A stretch of DNA of 64,000 nucleotides. Origin: Staphylococcus phage LY01. The stretch lies in the sequence record OR836606.1; one strand, written 5' to 3'. Every line of letters begins with the position of its first letter. Positions within the stretch are counted from its first letter, which is position 1. Positions 19,552 through 28,386 of this stretch are shown here, piece by piece. A program made the position numbers and the translations under genes. The notes under the pieces are model-generated. The model did no database searches. It worked only from the letters and a program-made list of their open reading frames with translations, and was not told where the DNA came from.

Positions 19552-20863
19552 TGAATCTATTTTTTAATTCTTTTATTTTATCTTCATGAAATTTAGTTTG
19601 TCTAATTTTAAAAGGTTTAGTGCTGTCAAGAAAATCTGTTGAATGAATATTTTCTTCATCAACTAAAGTCATATATTTAGGATTAGTTGTATTTAGTGCA
19701 TCATATAAATCAAATTTATTCTTTTTCATAAGATTGTATTTATCTTGAGTCATTAAAACTGAATAATAAATATCCTTTAATTTAACTGATCTTCTGTAAT
19801 TAGAAGGATCTTGTAAACCAGGTGTTTCTTTAGTATTAGTTATAATTCCTTTACCATGATACTCCTTACCAATATAATAAACTAAATAAATGAACCCCAT
19901 ATTATCTTTAACGCTAAATAATCTATATCCATCTTTATTTTCATCAAATACCTCATAAATATTCCAATCATTAATTACTCTACGCTTAGCATAATAGGGT
20001 CTATTTTCTGGTTTTAAATGATATGGTTGTCCTCCAATACTAAGTCGTTTCTCATATTCTTCTTTTTCAAGTTGTTTAATATAAGTTTTACTAAATTTAT
20101 CCAAAACAATTGAATGTTCTTCATCAAAACTTTCATAATTATAATTAAAAGGTAATACAATCCTAAAAGTTTTACTTGTACATCTATATAAAACTTTACT
20201 TAGATTTTTTTCATTTAATTTAATTTGGATTTCATTAGTTTCTTCATTATAATTAATATCTTCATCATTTATAGAATATAGACTTTTAGTAATTACATTA
20301 AATGTAATTGGATTAACGTCTTCAATCATATTAATAATGATTAAATTTCTTTCATAATCTATATATGCTAACATGTTATACATATCTAAGTTAAGTGAAT
20401 CAGGGTCATACTTATCCTTTGTTTTATGAGGATCTCTAGCCCATACCTCTAATTCTCCCGCATTTTTAATTTTTAATTTAGAATTATCTTTTAATGTGAT
20501 ATCTTTAAGAAAATCTTTACCAATATGATTTCTACCAATCTCATTTAATAATATTGCTAGTTGATGTTCAAATAACTTAGGTATATCTTTCTCTAAAGTA
20601 AAGAAATAACAATCATTATTAAAATTATTTTTATTGCTTTTACGATATTCCTTTAATAAATCAACTAACTCTTTATCTTCATTAAATCGAATAATATTAT
20701 CAATAATAAATCTATTTTGATCAAATCTATAGAACCATGTCCCATTATCATCCATTTTTCTTAACTTAGCCGGTATTTTTCTACCATTTTTTCTGTATAA
20801 ATTCAAATTTTTACTAAATACATCTGACTGTTTTGCCATAGCATTAATACACTCCATTTTCAT
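19523..20863 (-). CDS. hypothetical protein (446 aa)
   Basis: ORF track; no motif recognised. Confidence 0.45.
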   Translation of the reverse strand: MKMECINAMAKQSDVFSKNLNLYRKNGRKIPAKLRKMDDNGTWFYRFDQNRFIIDNIIRFNEDKELVDLLKEYRKSNKNNFNNDCYFFTLEKDIPKLFEHQLAILLNEIGRNHIGKDFLKDITLKDNSKLKIKNAGELEVWARDPHKTKDKYDPDSLNLDMYNMLAYIDYERNLIIINMIEDVNPITFNVITKSLYSINDEDINYNEETNEIQIKLNEKNLSKVLYRCTSKTFRIVLPFNYNYESFDEEHSIVLDKFSKTYIKQLEKEEYEKRLSIGGQPYHLKPENRPYYAKRRVINDWNIYEVFDENKDGYRLFSVKDNMGFIYLVYYIGKEYHGKGIITNTKETPGLQDPSNYRRSVKLKDIYYSVLMTQDKYNLMKKNKFDLYDALNTTNPKYMTLVDEENIHSTDFLDSTKPFKIRQTKFHEDKIKELKNRFIEDYDKGEF

Positions 20864-21050
20864 TTATTTAAAAATGTATCTTAAAAAAGATACATTTCTA
20901 TTACAATTTTATAATATATATTTTAACATAAATTAAAAATTTATGCAAGAAATTTTATATGAAAGTTGATAAATTTTTCTAATTATATAAAATCAATTAT
21001 TTTATCTGAATACATACCAATATTTTCCAATATGTATCCAGATAAATTAT

Positions 21051-24000
21051 TTAGAATTTAATCATATTAGATACAAATGAACTATTTGAAGATTCCAATA
21101 CTCTAACACCAATAGATTCAATAATATCTTTACCTGGTTTAATATGATCTTCAATCATACTATCATAGTCAATAAAAGGTCTAAACTCTTCAGGAATTGT
21201 ATTACCTTCAACTGCAATTACATTTAAACCGTTTTTAACTAAACTTTCATTCTTAAATACTTCTCTAAATCTATCTAAAGTATCTTCATCAGTTATCTTA
21301 TTTTTAATATCTCCAAATGTACTAATATTCAATTTAACTGCTAATATCTTAGCAGGTAATGCTATTTCTTTTTCTGGGAACATTATATTCCATGCTAAAG
21401 CAGCTCTATATGCCATTTGAGAATAAGGGTCTTTATATACCTCAGCATTATTAGCTTTAAACGGTTTTAAGAATTCGATTTCTCCATTATCTAATGATTT
21501 CTTAATCATTTCTTCTATATCTTTAAATTTACGTATTATCTTAATACGATCTACACCGGTTTTATTTTCTAAAATATCTTTTTGTAATATTTCAGTAAAT
21601 AGTTCTCTAATACGTTTATTAGTATTAACTTTTCTAATAGCCATACCTTTAACATCTAAATCTGGAGGTTGAATTAAATTACCCTCTTGTTGAATTACTG
21701 ATGATGCATAAGTTTTCTTTTTATCAGTTGTTAATTGTTTATCAAGTAAAACATTTTTATTAGCTTTATTAAATTAATAAAGATTAGACTATATCTTATA
21801 CTTATATTAAGTACATTTATATTTAGTCGTTGAACTTAATTTCTTAAGCTGCTGATTTAATTAATGAACTATTCCAGCAATTAATAAATTTATCTTTCTG
21901 TATATCGCTATACAACGGAGCATTAACTTGATAATACTCATTTTTCATTGATATTAAACCTAAATGTTCTTCCTCTAATCCTACATCTTTACAGAATCTA
22001 TAGTAAGACAATTCTAATAATTTAGTTATTTGATAGTTAATAATAGATATATTACTTACACGTTGTTCTAATTTATCCTCTAAACCATTCTCTGCAATTG
22101 GAAAATCTTCAGGTTTTAAAGATTTAAATTTTTCGTATAACGGATCTAAGTGAACAAAGTTCATTTATGTTAGCTGTATCAAATATAATACAGATCAGAC
22201 TATATCTTCTTTAGAAATATATTTAGTCGTTGAACTTAATTTCTTAAGCTGCTGATTTGATTAATAAATCATTCCAGCAATTAATATTTTTTATTGACAG
22301 CAATTTTTTATCACAACTGTCAGTATCTATAGTTAATACGCTTCTACGTTTCTTGTAATTCATTCTATACATTCTATTATAATCTTGATAATTATATATA
22401 ACCCAATCTTTTAATATTTCAAATAATTCATCTAATAATGGAATCATATCTTCAGGAGGATCATTTGGATCTAAGAAATCTTCTCTGCCAGTCATTTTAC
22501 TAATTTTATTATCAAATATATCGGTATGATCAATTAACCCAAATAAATTATTTTTGAAATATACTTTATTTTTATCTTCTTGACTTAATTTACTAAATAC
22601 TTCTTCTAACTTAAGAAAATCTTCTTCACTATAATCTTCTTCAACATTAGAAACTAAACCTTCTAAAATTTCTTTATCAGTTGGAATTGATTTTATCTTA
22701 ATATCATGATCTTCATATTTTTCACTAATTATTCTTAATATATAATGATATATTTCATCAATCTTCATGAAAAAGATTTTACCGCCAATAAATCTTTCTA
22801 AAGCTATCGCTGAAGTAGTTACAATATCAACTGCTATATAAATTCGTGAATTTAATTTAATTAATTCGAATTTATTCGACTTCGTCATTACTTTTACTTA
22901 CTTTGCACTTTAAGTTTTTCGTTATAAACTACTTCAACATAAAGTGTCAACCAAAGCAGAGGTTAAAGCTCTTAAGTCATCACATTTGGACATTCAAGAG
23001 AATTTAAATCTAGTTAGCCTGCCCAACAAAACGCTTACCGTACATTTTGAGGTTGACAGCAGCGTTATAATCTCTATCCATTTTATTTCCACAATCACAC
23101 TTATACCATCTATCTGATAACTTCATCTTATTTTCTTTAGTTAAGACTTGACCACAATTAGAACATAATTGAGTTGATGGGAACCATCTATCTGCTACAA
23201 TAATAGTATTACCATTGCTTTCAGCTTTTTGTTTTAATAAAGTTCTGAATTGTCTCCAATTCATTGCAGAAATAGATTTAGACAAATTTCTATTTTTAAT
23301 CATATTTGAAACTTTAAGATCTTCAATTGTAATATACTGATAATTTTTAATTAAGTTAGTAGTTATTTTATGAAGATAATCTTTTTTAATGTTATTAATT
23401 CTCATCCATATTTTTTGTATTTTGGTTTTCAATACATTGTATTTGTTAGAACCATAAACTTTACGAGATAATCTTTTTTGATAGTACTTAATCTTATTGT
23501 ATAGTGGAATCAATTTATCATTTAATGAATGATATTTCTTAAATTTACCGAAATCATCATTAATGATAGCTAAATCTTTTACACCTAAATCAATACCAAC
23601 ATGGCTATTGTTATGAATTAAGCTCTTATTATTATCAACTTTCATTACTATTGAAGCGAAATATTTTCCAGCATATTTAGATATAGTAACTTCTTGAATG
23701 GAATTATAATTAAACGGGATAGATTCTTTCATTTTAATTAATGAATTAATTCCTTGAAGTTTTAATTTATTATTTTTATCGCCTTTAATTTGTAATGAAT
23801 AATTATTCTTCTTATAGAACCTTGTACTTAATTTAGAATGTTTTTTAGATTTAAATCTCGGATACTTACCGTAACCTTTCCACATCATATTAAAAGCTTT
23901 ACCTAAATCTTCAGTTGCTGTGTCCATAACTTGAGATATTTGATCTTTTTCCCAATCTTCTTTACATTTTTTAAGTTCATCACGAACTTTCCTATGTGTT

Positions 24001-25234
24001 GGTTTTGGAAGAGATGTATCAAGTTGATGAGCATTCCACATTTGTTTCCATTTATTAAGCCCTTTATTATAAATATATCTAGAATATCCAAATGCTTGAT
24101 TAAATACTTCTTTTTGTTCTTTATTTGGTTTCAATTCGATTTTAATAGATTTGTACATGTGATTTCACCTCCTTCAAATATATAATATATACTTAAAGTT
24201 AGTGATGAATTTTAATTAAATTAAACTCACGAATTCCTGATTTAGTGTTTCCACATCAGTTAAATAGCAAGACTATATCATATTCTATCAGAATGATAGA
24301 ACCCTCGCACTTCAGGAATATTATTTCCCTACTCTACTCACTTCACATAGTATTTCAACTATGCTTATTCAGGCGTTAATCCTGTGCTTTCGATAGTCGT
24401 TGAACGTTCATCCATCATGTGGATGCTTCGCTGCTAGATTTTCCATTAGTCCACCCTTAGCACTTAATTTACATTAAGCTTTTATTTCAGCCTAGGTAAT
24501 CTTAGAGTATTTTTTCTGATTTTCATCTGCTTTCACGCTATCCATTACTGGTATACGTTGTAGCTCTCTAAGCTTTAGGAGTTTACAAGCAATTCACGAG
24601 GTTTGCTCACTTCTTTCATGAATTAAACTAACTTTAATTCACTATGAAGTAAGGGAGTTTTGATTAACTATTTTAAAATAATTTAAGTGAGCAATTCGTG
24701 TTAAATCACTTAAATTATATTAAACTAAAATAGTTTCTTTTCTCCACTATAAGTAGTTGCTGGACCTGAATTAGCATCATAGAATGTACTATTTTTCTGT
24801 ATCATAGCACCGTAATAACTGTTAGCTAAGATCTTAATTGTTTTTTGTTCATTCATATATTTATCATGTAAAACATCATCTTTACCTTTATAAATAAACA
24901 TATTGTGCTTAGCTACTTTACGAGAATCTATAAAGTCTTTTAACATTTCCGCATTTAAATTTTTTCTTTGTGATTGAGGCTGATAAATAGAACCAGAACC
25001 AGTTACAATTAAATTATTATTAATAATTTGTCTTAAGGTTGTATCTACATTCATTTTTTGTCCTGATATTTCTATTAAAGCTGGATCTAAATGTTTTTTA
25101 ATATATTCTCTACAGGCATTAATTAGTTTCTCATCATCAATATCAGGTTTTCTTATTTTAATTAATTTAATTAAATTTTCTAAATAACCCGTTATAGCCC
25201 TTTTACGTTCATATTTATTATCTTGATTAGACAT
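21051..25234 (-). CDS. family B DNA polymerase, C-terminal half (motif B, motif C, KKxY, thumb); exons approx 24745..25234, 22316..22885, 21915..22161, 21051..21763, interrupted by an IStron-like intron and two miniature group I introns
   Basis: Motif B KTIKILANSYYGAMIQKNSTFYDANSGPATT (T4: [29 protein letters not shown]); TTSAIALERFIGGK (T4: TTFGQMALQWIERK); motif C VLTIDTDS at the exon/intron junction; KKKTYA (KKRYA); C-terminus FIDYDSMIEDHIKPGKDII...MIKF (T4: WMDYTVLLEKTFIKPLEGF...FDF). Confidence 0.75.
21764..21914 (-). ncRNA. miniature group I intron (~151 nt) in polB-C, upstream of the KKxY motif
   Basis: Core P/Q/R/S present with the variant Q ...AAUCAGCAGCUU; 3' end ...UUUAAUAAAG|CU regenerates UCU (Ser) with a phase-1 5' junction after ...NAP; the upstream ORF 21844..22164 reads through the intron P element as INCWN...LIKSAA*. 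Confidence 0.55.
22162..22315 (-). ncRNA. miniature group I intron (~154 nt) inserted immediately after polB motif C (IDTDS|)
   Basis: P1: exon GACAGU pairs IGS GCUGUC with terminal U-G, placing the 5' splice site directly after the AGU codon of DTDS; core P/Q/R/S; 3' end ...ACAUAAAUG| (G of the apparent ATG of ORF 21844..22164); downstream exon NFVHLD parallels T4 IYVSAD. Confidence 0.7.
22889..23120 (-). ncRNA. putative TnpB guide RNA scaffold (omega RNA / right-end RNA) overlapping tnpB 3' end and extending to the 3' splice site
   Basis: Locally GC-richer structured segment (GGCAGGCUAACUAGAUUUAAAUUCUC...GGUUGACACUUUAUGUUGAAG) between tnpB stop and polB exon; inferred by analogy with IS605 elements. 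Confidence 0.35.
23010..24158 (-). CDS. tnpB: TnpB (IS605 OrfB-family RNA-guided RuvC nuclease), 382 aa, embedded in the IStron-like intron
   Basis: RuvC-I HVGIDLGVKDLA, RuvC-II YITIEDLKVSNM, zinc finger CSNCG...CDCG, RuvC-III RDYNAAVNL; no tnpA nearby. Confidence 0.85.
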   Translation of the reverse strand: MYKSIKIELKPNKEQKEVFNQAFGYSRYIYNKGLNKWKQMWNAHQLDTSLPKPTHRKVRDELKKCKEDWEKDQISQVMDTATEDLGKAFNMMWKGYGKYPRFKSKKHSKLSTRFYKKNNYSLQIKGDKNNKLKLQGINSLIKMKESIPFNYNSIQEVTISKYAGKYFASIVMKVDNNKSLIHNNSHVGIDLGVKDLAIINDDFGKFKKYHSLNDKLIPLYNKIKYYQKRLSRKVYGSNKYNVLKTKIQKIWMRINNIKKDYLHKITTNLIKNYQYITIEDLKVSNMIKNRNLSKSISAMNWRQFRTLLKQKAESNGNTIIVADRWFPSTQLCSNCGQVLTKENKMKLSDRWYKCDCGNKMDRDYNAAVNLKMYGKRFVGQAN

Positions 25235-25361
25235 AAATACATTCTCATCTCCTTATAAAATCATACTTATATAAGATAAGTTACTATAGTTTAATAATTT
25301 TTTCATATTTCTTAAATAAAACATATTTCTTATAATCATTATAATGAATAATAAAAAATAA

Positions 25362-25664
25362 TTGAAAGGAAGATCTTCCGTTATGAAAAATAATATTACT
25401 CCACTAGAAGAGCAAATTATGCAAGCAACTGATGAAGCTCTTTTACGTGAACAAAATATCATGCGTTTAGATGAACGTACTAAACGTAAGCGTAGATTAA
25501 ATCAATTAGCCTTAGTTGCTGCTAAAGAAGCTCAAGATCCAATCTACTTTAAATATCAAAAAGCTGCTCGTGCTCGTAAAAAATGGCGTGATATAATTCG
25601 TCAAAAATATGCCACTAAAGCCAAATTAAAATTAGCAGAATTAGATAATGTGAATAAAAAATAA
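25362..25664 (+). CDS. small basic (Lys/Arg-rich) protein, 100 aa; only plus-strand gene in this region
   Basis: ORF track; followed by bidirectional terminator hairpin. Confidence 0.5.
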   Translation: MKGRSSVMKNNITPLEEQIMQATDEALLREQNIMRLDERTKRKRRLNQLALVAAKEAQDPIYFKYQKAARARKKWRDIIRQKYATKAKLKLAELDNVNKK

Positions 25665-25675
25665 TTAAAATTTAT

Positions 25676-25706
25676 CCCAATACCTATTAATGCAATAGGT
25701 ATTGGG
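25676..25706. terminator. bidirectional terminator hairpin cccaatacctatt aatgcaat aggtattggg between convergent genes
   Basis: 13 bp perfect inverted repeat; same arm sequence as the hairpin at 12916-12941. Confidence 0.55.
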
Positions 25707-25712
25707 ATTATA

Positions 25713-26372
25713 TTATTTAAAATTTTCATTTATTTTATATTTTTTAACTTCACTTTCAGAAAGTTCTTCAATTATACTATTCCTTCTGGTATTAAATACA
25801 ATTTCAATATCTTCTAAATAAAATATATTACTATCTTCTATCTTCCCATTTTTAAATAAAGATAGATTAAATGAATATATTTTCCATCCTAAAATAAATT
25901 TAATTTTGTTTAGAATAGAGCAAACTACATTTTCAAAATTATCTTTATCTGTATGGATTATAACATCGTTATCCGAATATTCTATATGAAATTCTTCATT
26001 TAAGTCTATTAAAGATATTTTAGTTGCATGTAAATCATAATATACACCTAAATCTAATTTCAATTCAATATCAGAACGATACTTAGTGAATAATATAGAA
26101 ATAAAATTATTATTATCAATATCACTTGAAAATACTAATGACACATCATTTTTATTTAAATTATTCGAAATAAAATCTTGGATTAAAATTTTAAAATATA
26201 AGAAAAAGCTGATTTTATCATTTAATTTAAACACATTATTTTTTCTTAAGTTTACATCTTTAGAAAAATTGAAGTTCAAATAATTAATTTTTAATCTATA
26301 ATAAAAAGAATCATCGTTGAATCTCAATAAATTTGTATAGTGATTTATTAATTCATCTCTAAATTTTTCCAT
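25713..26372 (-). CDS. paralog-family protein H (219 aa), tail ...IEELSESEVKKYKINENFK
   Basis: Same C-terminal motif family as the 8964-16015 array, located 10 kb away. Confidence 0.5.
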   Translation of the reverse strand: MEKFRDELINHYTNLLRFNDDSFYYRLKINYLNFNFSKDVNLRKNNVFKLNDKISFFLYFKILIQDFISNNLNKNDVSLVFSSDIDNNNFISILFTKYRSDIELKLDLGVYYDLHATKISLIDLNEEFHIEYSDNDVIIHTDKDNFENVVCSILNKIKFILGWKIYSFNLSLFKNGKIEDSNIFYLEDIEIVFNTRRNSIIEELSESEVKKYKINENFK

Positions 26373-26394
26373 TCAAAATTTCCTTTCTCACTGT

Positions 26395-27108
26395 TTATTC
26401 TAATTCTAATCTTTCGTATCCTAAATAACCTTTAGCTTCTTGTATATTATTGTACTTATTAATTACATTAACTAAACTATGTCTTAATCTATGATAAATA
26501 GGTCCTTTAAGACCATCTATTTCATAATCAATGAACATGATCCATTTATTTAATAATTGATCATCAATTTCAATTATTAAATTACTATTCATCAAATATT
26601 CAAATAATGATGTTAAATGAGGATTAGACATTAAACCTTTTAATCTATCCAATGGAACATCTTCTCTAAAATTAGTATATAAAAAATAAGCTAAGTCTTT
26701 GCTATCAGTTTCTTTTATATTAGATTTAATATTTTTTAATCTAGTAATAAATAAATTTTCATTACTGATAGTTTTATCAATTGGATCAATCATTTTAAAT
26801 AATCTAGAGATAGAAGCTTTTCTTATTAAATTAGTTAGAAATTCATCTGGTTTTTTATTTATAAATAAACCATTTGATTCGAAATTATCTATAACAAAAT
26901 CTATAAATCTATTATATTTATCTAATTCTTTTTTAGTAAATAGAGTAGTATCTAAGTTGTTATTAATATAACAACTTAAAATATTACTTTCTATTAATAA
27001 TTGAAATGAAACCATATTAAGCGCAGAAGGATCATCTAAATTAATACTCATGATATGGTCTATTCTAATATCATTTCTATTTTTTAATTTTTCTTCTTTA
27101 ACTAGCAT
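26395..27108 (-). CDS. hypothetical protein (237 aa)
   Basis: ORF track. Confidence 0.45.
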   Translation of the reverse strand: MLVKEEKLKNRNDIRIDHIMSINLDDPSALNMVSFQLLIESNILSCYINNNLDTTLFTKKELDKYNRFIDFVIDNFESNGLFINKKPDEFLTNLIRKASISRLFKMIDPIDKTISNENLFITRLKNIKSNIKETDSKDLAYFLYTNFREDVPLDRLKGLMSNPHLTSLFEYLMNSNLIIEIDDQLLNKWIMFIDYEIDGLKGPIYHRLRHSLVNVINKYNNIQEAKGYLGYERLELE

Positions 27109-27122
27109 AAGCGGATTCTCCT

Positions 27123-28313
27123 TTAAATAAATGTCTTTTTAATTGTTTCATTCATAATTAATCTCTTTAATTTTCCTTTAGACATTTTAACAAGTGTAGA
27201 TGTTTTACTGTATTTCTCATTTGAAATATTAAATGTATTGTCTTTCATATTCATGTATTCTTTAACAAATTGTCTTTTCTGATTTTCCGTAAAATTATTT
27301 TCAATTAATTTTAATATCTCTTTAACTGCAATATCAGTATATTTATTAGCTGATTTAAAAGATAATAAGAATGATACCTCTTTATAAATATTATCTATTA
27401 ATGTAAAGAAACCAATTTTTGAAAAATATTTAACTTTATCTTCATTCTCAGCTTCCTGTATTTTATCGGTAAAATAATTATAATTTATTCCATTATTATA
27501 TCCTAAGAATTCATGTCCATATAAATTATCTATACCTAATACAAATCTTTCATATAAATAATATTTATTAAATTCATCATATTTAAGACTATTTATTTTA
27601 GACTCCATTAATAAATCTGCGTACTCTAGATCTTCTTTACTATTAATATGATTATTAAATAATTTATAAAAATTGTTTATAATTTTTAATTTAAGCACAT
27701 TATCTTTATGTGAAATATCCAAATCTATTAAACTAGATAATAGTTTCATAAATTTCTTTTTATCACCATTAAACGATAATTTAGTATCTAATAATTCTTT
27801 ATTTAAATTAAAAAATTTATTATTACTTATTTCATCCATATCATTAATGAATTCATCTATATATTCTTCTTTTAATAATCCAAATGAAAAATTTTCATAA
27901 GAAGATTTAAAACTATAAAGGAATTTAATGTTTTTAATATCATTATCTTTACAAAATTTATTTATATAAAATATTAAAGGTAATTGAGATATATTTAAAA
28001 TTATATTTCTATCTTCTTTATAACCATGCATAATAATATCTTTAATAACATTCTTTAAAAATGCTTTTAGTGATTCATTATCTGTATAGTAATAATTAAA
28101 TACAAAACTTATTAAAGAATTACCGTTAAAATTATTTAATATAATATTATCACTTATTGAAATATCAATCTTCTTTTCGAATACAATATCAATATCTGGT
28201 ATTTTTAATAATTTTTCTTTATCAATTTCATTAAGTTCATGATCTTCACTAACATCAATATAACCAATATCATAGTTAATAAAGAAATCTTTCATTGATT
28301 CACTCATATCCAT
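27123..28313 (-). CDS. hypothetical protein (396 aa)
   Basis: ORF track. Confidence 0.45.
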   Translation of the reverse strand: MDMSESMKDFFINYDIGYIDVSEDHELNEIDKEKLLKIPDIDIVFEKKIDISISDNIILNNFNGNSLISFVFNYYYTDNESLKAFLKNVIKDIIMHGYKEDRNIILNISQLPLIFYINKFCKDNDIKNIKFLYSFKSSYENFSFGLLKEEYIDEFINDMDEISNNKFFNLNKELLDTKLSFNGDKKKFMKLLSSLIDLDISHKDNVLKLKIINNFYKLFNNHINSKEDLEYADLLMESKINSLKYDEFNKYYLYERFVLGIDNLYGHEFLGYNNGINYNYFTDKIQEAENEDKVKYFSKIGFFTLIDNIYKEVSFLLSFKSANKYTDIAVKEILKLIENNFTENQKRQFVKEYMNMKDNTFNISNEKYSKTSTLVKMSKGKLKRLIMNETIKKTFI

Positions 28314-28339
28314 TTCACTCTCCTATTAATTAAAAATTA

Positions 28340-28374
28340 AATTGAGTTGATAATTTAACTTACCAACTCAATTA
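28340..28374 (-). terminator. terminator hairpin aattgagttg...caactcaatt
   Basis: 10 bp inverted repeat between convergent/tandem gene ends. Confidence 0.4.
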
Positions 28375-28386
28375 TATAATATATAT

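Larger units (their letters stand above)
22870..24745 (-). mobile_element. IStron-like element: 5' group I intron core (24270-24600 plus P1/P2 region up to ~24745) followed by IS200/IS605-family tnpB and its 3' guide-RNA region, inserted in polB-C between the motif B exon and the TTSAIALERF exon
   Basis: Intron core P GUGAAUUGCUUG, Q AUCUAGCAGCG, R GUUCAACGACUAUCG, S AUGAUAUAGUCUUGC. tnpB has its own RBS GAAGGAGGUG 110 nt after S. The element ends near a UAAUG| junction at ~22886. Architecture matches the described Clostridial/Bacillus IStrons (established knowledge). Exact ends +/- 30 nt. Confidence 0.6.

Noticed and set aside
4587-22286. The ~100-bp conserved elements (agactatatc ... atatttagtcgttgaaca ... 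gatgctgatt ... ccagcaattaata) first looked like REP/MITE-type dispersed repeats or a CRISPR-like array
   Set aside because: They are not regularly spaced and have no constant spacers. They interrupt essential ORFs exactly at conserved motifs. On the coding strand they read as group I intron P/Q/R/S elements with covarying stems and U-G P1 pairs, so they are introns rather than intergenic repeats or CRISPR.
21844-22888. Shared C-terminal ...INCWN[S/D][S/L]LIKSAA in ORFs 21844..22164 and 22244..22888 as a protein motif
   Set aside because: It is the translation of the intron P element (AUUAAUUGCUGGAAU) and following intron sequence up to an in-intron stop. The real exons end upstream of it.
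23903-24185. Small ORFs overlapping tnpB (23903..24091 minus, 23931..24185 plus)
   Set aside because: They sit inside or antisense to the well-supported TnpB reading frame.
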